From Octopus sinensis (taxonomy: Eukaryota), in NCBI RefSeq assembly GCF_006345805.1, contig NC_042999.1, positions 16,058,001-16,122,000 of the forward strand: DNA of 64,000 nucleotides, read 5' to 3'. The notes under the pieces were generated by a model. It was not told the origin of the DNA, searched no databases, and saw only the letters and a program-made list of their open reading frames with translations. Shown in pieces: positions 11,296-24,342 of the stretch (position 1 is the stretch's first letter; each line of letters opens with the position of its first letter). Both the position numbers and the translations under genes were made by a program.

Positions 11296-13737
11296 CTAAC
11301 CCTTTTGTTACCAACCCCGCTGAAACCAGCTCTGGCTCTGAGTACAAATGTCTTGTTTTCCTAAGTTTTGAATTAAAATATTCCACCAAACCTTAGGCAC
11401 AATTTATGTTCCTAACACTAGCTGAATGATAACTAAGCTATTTTACTAAATTCTTTGTTATATTTAAAATTAATTGAAAGAATCACAGAGCACCTCAACA
11501 AAAATATGGTAACCAAAGGGTTAAAACATATAACAGAGAAACAATTCTTAACCCTTTTGATACTAACCCACCACAAACTACCTCTGGTTCTGTAGTACAA
11601 ATGTCTTGTTTTCATAAGTTTGGAATTATAATCTTCCACCAAACCTTAGTCACAATTTATGTTCCTAACACTAGCTTAATGATAACTAAGCTATTTTACT
11701 AAATTCTTTGTTATATTTAAAATTAATTGAAAGAATCACAGAGCACCTCAACAGAAATATGGTAACAAAAGGGTTAAAATATATAACAGAGAAACAATTC
11801 TTAACCCTTTTGATACTAACCCACCACAAACTGCCTCTGGCTCTGTAGTACAAATGTCTTGTTTCCATAAGTTGTGAATTAAAATCTTCCACCAAACCTT
11901 AGTCACAATTTATGTTCCTAACACTAGCTGAATGATAACTAAGTTATTTTACTAAATTCTTTGTTATATTTAAAGTAATTGAAAGAATCACAGAGCACTT
12001 TAACAGAAATATGGTATCAAAAGGGTTAAAATATATAACAGAGAAACAATTCTTAACCCTTTTGATACCAACCCGGCAGAAACTGCCCCTGGCTCTGTAG
12101 TACAAATGTCTTGTTTCCATAAGTTTTGAATTAAAATCTTCCACCAAACCTTAGTCATGTTCCTAACACTAGCTTAATGATAACTAAGTTATTTAACTAA
12201 ATTCTTATATTTAAAGTAATTGAAAGAAACACAGAGCATCTCAACAGAAATATGGTACAAAAAGGGTTAAAATATATAATAGAGAAACAATTCTTAACCC
12301 ATTTGATACCAACCTGGCAGAAATTGCCTCTGGCTCTGAGTACAAATGTCTTGTTTTCATAAGTTTTGAATTAAAATCTTCCACCAAACCTTAGTCACAA
12401 TTTATTTTCCTAACACTAGCTGAATGATAACTAAGTTATTTTACTAAATTCTTTGTTATATTTAAAGTAATTGAAAGAATCACAGAGCACCTCAACAGAA
12501 ATATGGTAACAAAAGGGTTAAAATATATAACAGAGAAACAATTCTTAACTCTTTCGATACCAACCCAGCAGAAACTGCCTCTGTAGTACAAATGTCTTGT
12601 TTCCATAAGTTTTGAATTAAAATCTTCCACCAAACCTTAGTCATGTTCCTAACACTAGCTTAATGATAACTAAGTTATTTAACTAAATTCTTATATTTAA
12701 AGTAATTGAAAGAAACACAGAGCATCTCAACAGAAATATGGTACAAAAAGGGTTAAAATATATAATAGAGAAACAATTCTTAACCCATTTGATACCAACC
12801 TGGCAGAAATTGCCTCTGGCTCTGAGTACAAATGTCTTGTTTTCATAAGTTTTGAATTAAAATCTTCCACCAAACCTTAGTCACAATTTATTTTCCTAAC
12901 ACTAGCTGAATGATAACTAAGTTATTTTACTAAATTCTTTGTTATATTTAAAGTAATTGAAAGAATCACAGAGCACCTCAACAGAAATATGGTAACAAAA
13001 GGGTTAAAATATATAACAGAGAAACAATTCTTAACTCTTTCGATACCAACCCAGCAGAAACTGCCTCTGTAGTACAAATGTCTTGTTTCCATAAGTTTTG
13101 AATTAAAATCTTCCACCAAACCTTAGTCATGTTCCTAACACTAGCTTAATGATAACTAAGTTATTTAACTAAATTCTTATATTTAAAGTAATTGAAAGAA
13201 ACACAGAGCATCTCAACAGAAATATGGTACAAAAAGGGTTAAAATATATAATAGAGAACAATTCTTAACCCATTTGATACCAACCTGGCAGAAATGCCTC
13301 TGGCTCTGAGTACAAATGTCTTGTTTTCATAAGTTTTGAATTAAAATCTTCCACCAAACCTTAGTCACAATTTATTTTCCTAACACTAGCTGAATGATAA
13401 CTAAGTTATTTTACTAAATTCTTTGTTATATTTAAAGTAATTGAAAGAATCACAGAGCACCTCAACAGAAATATGGTAACAAAAGGGTTAAAATATATAA
13501 CAGAGAAACAATTCTTAACTCTTTCGATACCAACCCAGCAGAAACTGCCTCTGTAGTACAAATGTCTTGTTTCCATAAGTTTTGAATTAAAATCTTCCAC
13601 CAACCTTAGTCACAATTTATGTTCCTAACACTGGCTGAATGATAACTAAGTTATTTTACTAAATTCTTTGTTATATTTAAAATTAATTGAAAGAAACACA
13701 GAGCATCTCAAAATAAATACAGTAACGAAAGGGTTAA
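11296..13737. mobile_element. Tandem array of 10 piggyBac-type MITE units (234-253 bp period)
   Basis: Units run TTAA-CCCTTTTGATACC ... GGTAWCAAAAGGG-TTAA, separated by a ~23-bp spacer (aatatataacagagaaacaattc); unit starts ~11297, 11548, 11801, 12053, 12294, 12545, 12780, 13031, 13265, 13515. Confidence 0.85.
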
Positions 13738-14119
13738 TATACTATGTAACTACTAAAAAATATGGAGATAGAGTTTGGCTTCTGTGCTGTGTCAGAAAAT
13801 ACTATTTATTGGAGGCACATTTGGAAGAGACACCACTGTGTAACAGGATTTTTGCCCTTGGGTAGAAATTGTTGTTTCCTATTTGCTCACCCCTAGAAAG
13901 TATGAAAGATGGCTAATATTTCCTTCAAACTTTGCTTTTGTTACATTTATGGAAACTGCAAAGAATCCATGCACCCAACACCAGAGCTGAAGACACCTCC
14001 GAAAGGGGGGTGCCCACCACGTCAAAACGGTAGAGGAGTAGGGGCCGAAACTGAACGTGGTTCCTCCTGGTGATGTCTTGAGCCAACTGGATCCTATAAA
14101 GGAGCTCTTGTGGTAGCAG

Positions 14120-14310
14120 ACCACAAAACACTGTTGAAATTCCCCCTCTCTCATTACTCCTGCTCATGATCAGAGATGCATGTATCGTCAGCCACTATGT
14201 AACCTCCTTAAAGTGATATATCATAATTTGCGCTCTTGTTCAAGTAATTAAGGTCAAGTAACTGACAAGCATGTCTGTGATATTGAGCAGAATATTTGCT
14301 ATAATGATAT
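14120..14310. mobile_element. Fragment of the ~550-bp (TTA)n-flanked repeat
   Basis: ctgctcatgatcagagatgca...tcgtcagccact...actgacaagca...tattgagcagaatatttgct matches 48460-48570. Confidence 0.7.
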
Positions 14311-14488
14311 ATTCTGCTGCAGCAACTCAGCTCTGAATCTGTCTGAAATGTAATGTTTCAGAACATTGATGTCCAATTTACAAACACAAAGTTTGAAGGG
14401 AATATTAGTCATCTCTGATTTCTGGAAAAAATCAAACAGAAAATAAAGCTTACTGACCAAAAAAGTGAGAAAAGAAAAATTTTGCATT

Positions 14489-14651
14489 AGTGGCTGTGTG
14501 GTAAGTAGCTTGCTTACCAACCACATAATTCTGGGTTCAGTCCCACTGTGTGGCACTTTGGGCAAGTGTCTTCTACTATAGCCTCGAGCTGACCAAAGCC
14601 TTGTGAGTGGATTTGGTAGACAGAAACTGAAAGAAGCCCCTCTTATATATG

Positions 14652-14686
<35 letters not shown>

Positions 14687-14905
14687 TTGTGTGTCTGTGT
14701 TTGTCCCCCCAACATCGCTTGACAACCGATGCCAGTGTGTTTACGTCCCCGTAACTTAGCGGTTCGGTAAAAGAGACCAATAGAATTAAGTACTAGACTT
14801 ACAAAGAATAAGTCCTGAGAGCAATTTGCTCGACTAAAGGTGGTGCTCCAGCATGCCTACAGTCACACGCCTGAAACAAGTAAAAGAGTAGAAAAAGAGA
14901 GTAAA
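14489..14905 (+). mobile_element. SINE family A
   Basis: agtggctgtgtggtaagtagc, gggttcagtccc (B-box-like), internal (TA)/(TG) tract, gaaacaagtaaaagag tail. Confidence 0.9.
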
Positions 14906-15405
14906 GATAGTGTAATCCTTGTTAATCTCATGTCCAAAGCAGAATCTATAAAAGAAACATGATTCTGTAATTGAAATTATAACCAATGTTATTCAACAAA
15001 ATATAATTCCCATCGAGAAAATATTATGACTCTAAACAATAGGCAAGAAATGAATGAAACTGATGATAACCGTCCTATAGTGAAATGTCGTTTGTAATTG
15101 TGCAACCCAAATTAAGGAAAAAAATAATCAGAATTATAACACATTTGTTATGAATGAATTTGAAATATAAAAATGGAACAGAAAAGACAAGAATAAAGAA
15201 CAACTAGGAATATTGGTGAAATAGAAATGATTGTGCATGAAATATAACCATTGAATGACAGAATATAAAATTATAATACTATTTGTTAAAAGAATCTTGG
15301 ACAATATGTTTTGGTTTACAATTTCATAATGGGGGCAGTGAGAAAAATACTGAAAAATTATTTCTTTTGAAATGCATGGTGTATTTCTTTGAAAAGATAA
15401 GCAGT

Positions 15406-15814
15406 AGTGGCTGTGTGGTAAGTAGCTTTTTTACCAAATACATGGTTCTGAGTTCGGTCCCATGGCATGCCACCTTGGGCTAATGTCTTCTACTATAGCC
15501 CCAAGTTCACCAAAGCCTTGTGAGTGGATTTGGTAGATGGAAATTGAAAGAAATCCATCGTATATGTGTGTATGTGTGTGTGTGTGTGTGTCTGTGTCTG
15601 TGTGTCTGTGTTTGTCCCCTCCCCCTCCCAACATTGCTTGACAACCAATGCTGGTGTGTTTACATCCCCATAACTTAGCAGTTCAGCAAAAGAGACTGAT
15701 AGAATAAGTACTAGGCTTACAAAGAATAAGTCCTGGGATCGATTTGCTCGACTAAAGGCGGTGTTCCAGCATGGCCGCAGTAAAATGACTGAAACAAGTA
15801 AAAGAATAAAAGAA
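15406..15814 (+). mobile_element. SINE family A
   Basis: Same consensus as 14489-14905. Confidence 0.9.
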
Positions 15815-16689
15815 TTATTTCATTTTATTTGGGAGATCGAAGAATAATTTAGAAAAATATAGACCATTTGGAAATGTTGCTAATATTAACTTCAAATCTT
15901 GGCACAATGCCAGTAATTTCAGGGAATGTGGGTAAGTCAATTACATCAACCCCCACTACTCAACTAGAACTTATTCTATCCACCCTGGATGGATGAATGA
16001 CAAAGTCGATTTTGGCAGGATTTGAACACCATGTTAGTTAAAGAAAGACAAAATGCCAAGATGCAGTTTTCAGTTTTTTTTTACACAAGTCCAGTGGGAG
16101 TGAGGCACCCCTTAGCTTTTGTTAAAGCATACCTCTAGAGCCAGCTTCAAACCTGGGCTTCATCACTCTGATAATCAGAGGTGACTTGGACAACAAGTCC
16201 TATGCATCAGTTGACAATCAATGGCAAGATGAGCAGCTATGGATTACACAATCTCCAAAGTGTGTTATCATGTGACCAGGGACCACATGTGGACTTGTAT
16301 TCCTAATGACAATGGCCATGGCATCCACACTATCAGCAGCCAGCTGTCAGATGTTGTCTGCATTTGTGAGGGGGATGTGATGAACTCATTGTTCAAAGCT
16401 GGCTCAATTCACCTCAGGTGAATTCTGCCTCAAGGGCAAGTAGTAAGAATATTCTTATTTTTAAGAGGCCAATAGAATTAAGGCTTACAAAGAATAAGTC
16501 CTGGGATTGATTTGCTTGACTAAAGGCAGTGCTCCAGCATGGCCACAGTCACTGAAACAAGTAAAAGAGTAAAAAGAGAGTAAAGAGAGTGTAATCCTTG
16601 TTAATCTCGTGTCCAAAGCACAATCTATAAATGAAACATGATCCTGTAATTGAAATATAGTTACTTCATGGTGCCATTATAGTTACTTT

Positions 16690-18720
16690 CTTTGATTCAT
16701 GGTGTAGGAGAAGAGTTACATCGTTTTTATACCATGTCTACTTTATTATAAGTTCTGGCATTTCTCATAGCTCCTAATCTAACAGAAACTAGACCACTTT
16801 AGAAGACTTTATTACTGCTTCATTACCAAAATTACCAAAGCGGAAATTCCTGTGTGATTTAACAATTTTGACTAAATTTTTATCATTGTCACTCAGTGTA
16901 TACAGAAGCACTTCACACCAGAGAGTTGTCCCCTTTTTAAGCAATTTGCTTATGCTTCAAATGAAAAATTGATGCCCTTAGTTCAAAAGGGTAAAACCTT
17001 CAATGATGATGAATTTCTTGAATTAATTAAACCTATAACCCTTGTCAGAGATATGTCAAGTTTAAAACACTTCTACTGTGACCAGGAGTAAGATTAACTC
17101 TTGGAATGATATGAAGAAGCACATTCACACTAAATAATATTCTGCATCTTATACAATATCTAACACTTTAACTTATGTACAAGGCATCTTTATTGTAACA
17201 GTGTCTGAGAAGGTGATGCAATGTTGAATAACATCATGTGTATTTGGTCAGCTTCCACTATTGTACGAACTTCTTTTATTTTGAAAGCTTCTAGTGAAAT
17301 ATTTAATGGACTCACACTTAAAACATTGTGTGATTTTGTTTTCACCGTCTGGAAGACTGATTTACCTCCTCCGTAAATAGTTACCTCTTTAAAATTGTTG
17401 ACCTCCTCTTTCACCATCAAAGTTGTATTAGTTAGTTGTTTACTGGCTCTTGTTCACAATTTACATCTAGTATTTTACCCTCCCTTGACAAAATCAATAG
17501 TAAAACCTTCAAAGTTGGAATTGCTACTTGCTGACGCCACTTCTTTCACAACAAACATAAACACTTTTCTTCAAACGTGGAAATAACCATGTGGTCTAAA
17601 CAATTTCACAGTATTTCATCATCATCATCATCATCGTTTAACGTCCATTTTCTATGCTAGCATGGGTTGGACAGTTCAACTGGGGTCTGGGAAGCCAGAA
17701 GGCTGCGCCAGGCCCAGTCTGATCTGGCAGTGTTTCTACAGCTGGATGCCTTTCTTAACGTCAACCACTCCGTGAGTGTAGTGGGTGCTTATACTTGAAT
17801 AAAGGCGGGAAAGGCTTCATCTCACATTATCTCAAAGCTACGAGAATTCAATAACGTGATTTGTTTTTTTTTTAGTAATTTCGTAGAGCAGTCGGATACA
17901 GCCGGATTTGGCTAGTTTGAACAAATAAAGGGGAATTAGTTTTGGCCAGTTACAGTCGGTTTGAACACTAAAGGGTTAATGGACTTACTTAAAACATTGT
18001 ATGATTTTGTCTTCACCGTCTGGAATACTGACTTACCTCCGCAGTAAATAGTTACCTCTTTAAAATTGTTGACCTCCTCTTTCACCACCAGATTTGTATT
18101 AGTTAGTTGTTTACTGTCTCTTATTCACAATTTACATCTGGTATTATACCCTCCCTTGACAAAATACCACCAAACATTTTGTTGATGGTATCTGTCATAG
18201 CTTCATCTGTTAAATTACTACAAGCAGTATGTGTACCAACTTCTGCTCTTTTGCCGAAGTGCTGACAGTTTTAACACAAAAAAAATATGCCATCACCTTC
18301 TGGTTAAAATCATTCCAAATTTCAATAACCTTTGATAGAGAAATTCATAATAACCAGAAAGTTTTTGATATTGGTGCCTGAAGGTCTTCTGTAAGAATTT
18401 AACTCTTTAAAAATCATGCGAGCTCATGTATTCTCATCATGAAGATATATTTTATCAAGTTTATCTGATGTAAATTTGAGAACAGAGTCTTTGCCAGTGT
18501 CTGCAGGTTCTGAGTTATGAATGTGTTATAAAGCAATGGAAGGAAAACAGCAGGACTCGGCTTTATTTTTTAGCATATCTGTATAAAGAGTCTGAATACC
18601 TAAAGCTTGTAATCATTCTCTGTATGATTCCTCATTGGACAAAATCAGCAACTGTTTCATGAAAGTCACCTTTAAATCCAAATTATACCACAATAAACAG
18701 CACCTAACAGAGTATCTCAT
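16690..18720 (-). pseudogene. Decayed Ty1/copia-type (GalEa-like) gag-protease remnant
   Basis: Minus-strand hand translation with stops and frameshifts: KLDKIYLHDENT..FKELNSYRRPSGTNIKNFL..EQKLV..CSNLTDEAMTDTINK (gag-like, 18190-18600) and YTLSDNDKNLVKIVKSHRNFRFGN..DVTLLL (protease-like, 16700-16920). Family assigned from memory of these motifs. Confidence 0.5.
17617..17792 (-). mobile_element. Family C copy inserted in the copia remnant
   Basis: (cat)n cgtttaacgtcc...gagtgtagtgggtgc. Confidence 0.85.
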
Positions 18721-18741
18721 ACTTTAAAAAAAAATATTTTA

Positions 18742-19165
18742 ATTTTAATTTCAATTTAATTTTTATTGGCTCAAAAAGCAAAAGCAAGGCCATGTAGGGG
18801 GACATGGAGTTATGTACAGGGAGGATGGTCATACAAAGAGCTCAGGCCATTTCTGGTCAAGACAGACTTTGAATCGAGCGGTCGTCGGCATCTTCACTAT
18901 CTCGTCTGGTAGCTTATTCCATGGATCCACAACCTGGACGGAGAAAGCCCCTCTCCTTCGATTGAGATGAGATCGTCGTAGATAGAGCTTTTCAGAGTGA
19001 CCCCACAGCTCATGCTCTGGAGCAGGAGTGAAGAACAGCTCTTTCGAGAGGTTACACTTTCCGCTTATGATGTTGTGAGCGAGAATGAGATCACTTGGAT
19101 GAAGATAGCTGTTACAACCATTAAACTTTTTCTGGTGTACTCTTCTCAGTGTTTAGTCATCATAA
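18742..19165 (-). mobile_element. CR1-clade LINE 3' end
   Basis: Minus translation DLILAHNIISGKCNLSKELFF..GHSEKLYLRRSHLNRRRGAFSVQVVDPWNKLPDEIVKMPTTARFKVCLDQKWPELFV* (stop at 18829-18831); WNxLP motif; short AT-repeat tail. Confidence 0.8.
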
Positions 19166-19342
19166 ACACCAACCCTGTATTTCTAGCCATCTTTTTTAAA
19201 CCCCTCTTATATATTTTTAAATATTTTCCTTGAGCCTTAGGACTCATAAGGCTTTATTACCTGATTTCCAATTTGAAGAAGTGATCAAGATCACAACAAT
19301 TGCAATGTACAGTAATCTTTAGCCTTATCATTTTGGGGGGAG

Positions 19343-19738
19343 GTAGGGAGAAGTCAATTAGATTGACCCCAGTACACAACTGGTATTTAATATGTTGACC
19401 CCAAAAGGATGAAAGGCAAAGTTGACCTCGGCAGAATTTGAACTCGGAACGTAAAGACATACAAAATACTGCTATGCATTTCGTCCGGCATGCTAACATT
19501 TCTTATTTCTTTACTACCCACAAGGGGCTAAACATAGAGGGGACAAACAAGGACAGACAAAAGGATTAAGTCGATTATATCGACCCCATTGCGTAACTGG
19601 TACTTAATTTATCGACCCCAAAAGTATGAAAAGCAAAGTCGACTCTTGGTAGAATTTGAACTCAGAACATAAAGACATACGAAATACCACTTAGCATTTC
19701 GTCTGGCATGCTAACATTTCTGCCAGCTCACCACCTTA
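19343..19738 (-). mobile_element. SINE family B (two partial copies)
   Basis: Reverse complement of the family B consensus. Confidence 0.85.
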
Positions 19739-20300
19739 AATATGCCTCAGTAATTTACCTGCATATTTTCATTATTGTCTTCATCCATGAAATATTTCAT
19801 TTTCATAAGCTATTTCTTCTTACAAGGGCTAAGCCTCAAAGTGTATGGAGACTTGAGAGCCACCAGTCAAAGATAAGTTTTATTCTTATATAAGTTAATG
19901 ATAAATTCATAAATATCCATCTATTTATATGCAGATATTTTTGGATTTTAGATAGTCTGGCTTATCATTTGATGACTATTTACTGCATTTTTGTTGACCA
20001 TCATTAATTTTCTAATGTATAAAAATTTGTTCAATGAATGCTTTCTATTGCCTCGTGGTTTACAGATTTTGAAAGTGTTTTTATTATTATTAGTTGAATG
20101 ATGTTAGTTATACTAGTATAATGTATCCATAATTATTTTTATTTGAGAATATTACTATTGATGTAGAATATTAGATATTTGGTTCACGAAAAATTATTGA
20201 CTTGTTGATGGTCTATTATCACATTAATTTCTGGATTCATCAGTTTGTCACACACACACACACATGCACACATGTGCTCATACACCTACACATACATACA

Positions 20301-21278
20301 ACAACAACATCTAACCACTTGACCAAGTTTACATACATGAGGCTGTTAACATCATAAGACTGGGATGACAGTTACTTGAGCAACAGTTTTTGTCTGATAA
20401 CCTAAAATACTTGCCCAAAGAAGTCACACAACTCTACTACAACATCTCATCAGAAGAAAGGATGACATCAAATCAGTTTATCATGGACGATTAGCCAGAT
20501 TACTACCTCTCACTTTGAAGGGTATGCATTTGCAATCCAGGAACAGGAAATATCAACCAAGCACCTGATGTATAAAAAGGGGTAGAGATGCAGGAAAAGC
20601 TGTAAAATGGGACAACCGATGCAGACTTTATGGAGTTCACACTGAAGATATCACAGACATCATAAGCAGTTGTCTGAAAATTTCATCACAGTATTATTTA
20701 CCGATGAGACATAACATTGTTGCTAGGTAACTCAATAATGAAATCTGTCGGAAAGATAATCCTGAAGTCAAATAAATAAGAACCCACAATATGGTAGAAG
20801 CCATAGCCACTCATAATAAAAAGGAATACTGGTGGAATGTTACAGTGAAGACCTTAATAAAATCTAAGCATAACAGACCTGATATAATGATTTGGGACAG
20901 AGAAGAGAAACTGCGTACAGTTGTGGAAATTAGCTGCCCAGTGGATGTTAACATAAGGCTGAAGATCAGAGAGAAAGAAAATACCTATGAACTATTGAGA
21001 AATCTGCAGTTACTCTATCCAGATTACAAGTTCAGGTTTATGCCTGTAATTATTGGGGCCCTGAAGTATGTAACACACTGCCTAAATACCAATCTTGAGA
21101 AATTAGGCTTCTCAAAACCAGACAGGAGAAAGTTAATTCGAAGGCTACAGATCCAATCCATCACTGGAACTGTAAAAATCTGTTAAACTTTCCAGAAGTT
21201 TAGCATTTAAAAATATATGAGCATGTCTAGATATGCAACTATATGCATGAGAATGCATACATAAAACATACAAGTCTG
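20301..21278 (+). mobile_element. R4/Dong-like non-LTR retrotransposon 3' fragment (CCHC + REL endonuclease), degenerate
   Basis: FEGYAFAIQEQEISTK, CRLYG..DIISSC, MRHN, KHNRPDIMIWDREEK..VEISCP..KENTY..PVIIGAL; bordered by catacataca (20291-20300) and (TACA)n (21279-21328). Confidence 0.8.
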
Positions 21279-21329
21279 CATACATACATACATACATACA
21301 TACATACATACATACATACATACATACAT

Positions 21330-21520
21330 GATGTTAACATAAAGCTGGAGATCAGTGAAGAGAACACCTATGCTGAACTATTGAGAAACCTGCAGTTACT
21401 CTATCCAGATTACAAGCTCGGGTTTATATCTGTAATTATTGGGGCCCTGGCATATGTAACACACTGCACATATACCAATCTTGAGAAATTAGGCTTCTCA
21501 AAACCAGAAAGGGGAAAGAT
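21330..21520 (+). repeat. Duplicate of part of the R4-like endonuclease region
   Basis: gatgttaacataa...ggcttctcaaaaccaga repeats ~20944-21123. Confidence 0.85.
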
Positions 21521-21591
21521 AATGTATTTTATTTCCAATTTTTGTAACTTCTCTTTCGTTTATTTTATTCTTTTGAATATATAGCTATAAA

Positions 21592-21772
21592 TCATCATCA
21601 TCATCATCATCATTGTCCTCATCATCATCATTATCATCATCATCAACATCATTATCATTGTCATCATTATCATTCTCATCGTTATTGTCATCATCATCAT
21701 CATTGACATCATTATCGTCGTCATCATCATCATCATCATCATCACCATCATCATCATCATCGTCATCATCAG

Positions 21773-21811
<39 letters not shown>

Positions 21812-21859
21812 ATTCATCATCATCATCCTCATCATCATCATTATCATCATCAACATCAA

Positions 21860-21908
<49 letters not shown>

Positions 21909-21914
21909 GTCATT

Positions 21915-21973
<59 letters not shown>

Positions 21974-21990
21974 CATCATCCTCATCACCA
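21592..21990. repeat. (CAT)n microsatellite block
   Basis: Directly visible; explains poly-S/M ORFs. Confidence 0.95.
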
Positions 21991-23224
21991 TTCCTGTGTT
22001 TGGGTTGTTTATTGTTTGATAAGATAAGAAATTATTACTTTGCTTGGAAACTGGTGAGGGATGGTTTCGGTGGGGGGTGGGGTGGGTCGTCTGGCCATAG
22101 AAATCTTCTGCCCTGACATACTCTCATCTGATTCCTATGAAACAAAGTATTATTTATCCTGTTTTTAAAACAACGGGCCATATACCAATTTTAATAATTT
22201 GTTATGTTGCTTTGATCTCAAAGCAAATGAGAGTATTTATCTTAGCCAGATTCCTTCCCTGAATATTGAAGAAAATAATTAAGTCCATTTTTTTTTGTTT
22301 GTTTTAATCACCAACAAAAAGGAAAAAAAAAAAAAACAGAAACAAAAATATAACAAAAAGAAAAACAATGGTATGTTGGTATTTTGCGTTTCCTTCTCAT
22401 AACTGATCACACAACCATTGGATTTTCTTTAGACTAATTAAATGATAATGGAATTTATAACTGGTATTTAGAAATGATAGCTTATCAGAGACAATATTCC
22501 TTTTGTTTTCAGGATGAGAGACTAAGATCTGAGTAACTTTTCAGGTATTTTCGAAGTGAAACGCTTTCAACGTCTCTGATTGAAGAAACAGAACTTAATG
22601 AAAAATATTTCAGCAATCTTTGCAAGCTGTCAAAAAAATTTCCTCTATTTTTATCTATATTTTTTTTTTAAATCTTCATTTTTTTTTCTTTCACGTTTGT
22701 TAACAATTTTATTAATTAGAAATTGTCTGATGCATCTGAAAATATTACATTTTTTTTTTATTTGGTTATTATTTATTACTATATTAATTTATATATATTT
22801 TTTTTTTTACTGTTTTTTCAGCACTGCCTGGATGGTGACTTTCTACAACCTTAGAAGGTTGTAATGTTCTGACTTCAGTTTATGCATAGATTTATAAGCG
22901 GAATAAATTCAACTGTTTCTGTGATCTTGTTCTTTGCTAATTACCTCCATTTTACAACTACATCATCACTTTGCATTGGTTTATCAGCATCTTTGAGTTT
23001 AATTTATACGTCACATTAATAACATTAAATATTCTTCAACAAGACAGGAGAGATGCAAGAAAGAAGATGAAAAAGACAACAAAAAAAAAAACAGACTTTG
23101 TACTTTTTATGAAATTCAGAGACGATAAATTGTTTCATTCTGGAATTGAGATTTATACACAATGTGGAGAAACTGACCAATAATAACTAAAAGAATTACA
23201 GTTTGTCATCGTCATCAGGACTGT

Positions 23225-23822
23225 CAGTGTTGTCATTGTCATTTATATCATTGTCCTCCTCCCCCTCCTCCTCTTCCTCCTCCCTTTCTTCTTCTTCCTC
23301 CTCCTCCTCCTCCCCCTCCTCCTCCCCTTCTTCTTCTTCCTCCTCTTCCACCTCCCCTTCTTCCTCCTCCTCTTCCTACTCCCTGCCCCTCCTTCTCCTC
23401 ATCCTTCTCCTCCTCTTCACCTTCCACTTCTTCCTCCACTTCCTCCTCCTCTTCCGCTTCCCCTTCCTCTTCCCCTTCCCCTTCCTCTTCCCCTTCCTCT
23501 TCTGCTTCCTCCTCTTCCGCTTCCTCCTCTTCCCCTTCTTCCTCCTCTTCCCCTTCTTCCTCCTCTTCCCCGTTCCCCTTCTTCCTCTTCCCCTTCCCCC
23601 TCCCCTTCCTCTTCCTCTTCCCCTTCCTCTTCTGCTTCCTCCTCTTCTGCTTCCTCCTCTTCCGCTTCCTCCTCTTTCTCCTCCTCTTCCTCTTCCTCTT
23701 CCCCTTCCTCTTCCGCTTCCTCATCCTCTTCCTCATCCTCATCCTCTTCCCCTTCCTCTTCCCCTTCCTCTTCCCCTCCTCCTCCTCCCTTACCCCTCCT
23801 CCTCCGCTTCTTCCTCCTCCTC
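23225..23822. repeat. Polypyrimidine (CCT/CTT/CTTCC) low-complexity tract
   Basis: ~600 bp almost devoid of purines on the + strand. Confidence 0.95.
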
Positions 23823-24094
23823 TAAACCTCTAAACCGCCAATATTTTTTTTGAAAAAATAGGGGTAGCTTATCCTGTTCAGGCTATATTATTAGCATTAT
23901 CCTGCGTTAGAGAATTTAAAATCACTTCTTTAACTTTCTAAGACATCTCAATGCTTCTAAAACAAACTTCATTTCTTAGTTTACATCAATCGTAATTTGA
24001 ATTTAATATATATATATACATACATATATATATATACTGGTACTCTGTTGGTTTATGACAACAAGGGTTCAATCAAGGAAACAGCCTGCTTGTG

Positions 24095-24325
24095 AAATGA
24101 ATGTGCAAGTGGGTGGGCCCTGCACAGACACATGTACCCTTAATGTAGTTTTCAGTGTGACAAGGCTGGCCCTTTGAAATAAAGATACTACTCATTTTTG
24201 CCAGCTGAGTGGACTGGAGCAACAGGAAATAAAGTGTCTTGCTCAAGGACACAATGCATCACTGGGAATTGAACTCACCACCTAATGATCATGAGCTGAA
24301 TACTCTAACCTCTATGCTACATGCC
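24095..24325 (-). mobile_element. SINE family D
   Basis: Reverse complement of the 6449-6690 core (cagctgagtggactggagcaa...gtgtcttgctcaaggacac). Confidence 0.75.
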
Positions 24326-24342
24326 TTCATATATATATATAT

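Noticed and set aside
11296-13737. Possible CRISPR-like array or repeated ORF (MVEDFNSK...)
   Set aside because: Spacers are identical, units are ~250 bp with TIRs, and the context is eukaryotic; the repeated ORFs are incidental.
13980-14071. CTGAAGA ... GAAAC hammerhead candidate with accagag/ctcctggt stem
   Set aside because: The hairpin after the core does not close at GAAA and stem III pairs poorly; not counted among the seven motifs.
16150-16430. Possible RTE C-terminal remnant on the minus strand (QLAAD.., CSSCH..IGL)
   Set aside because: Multiple stops and frameshifts; too weak to list as a feature.
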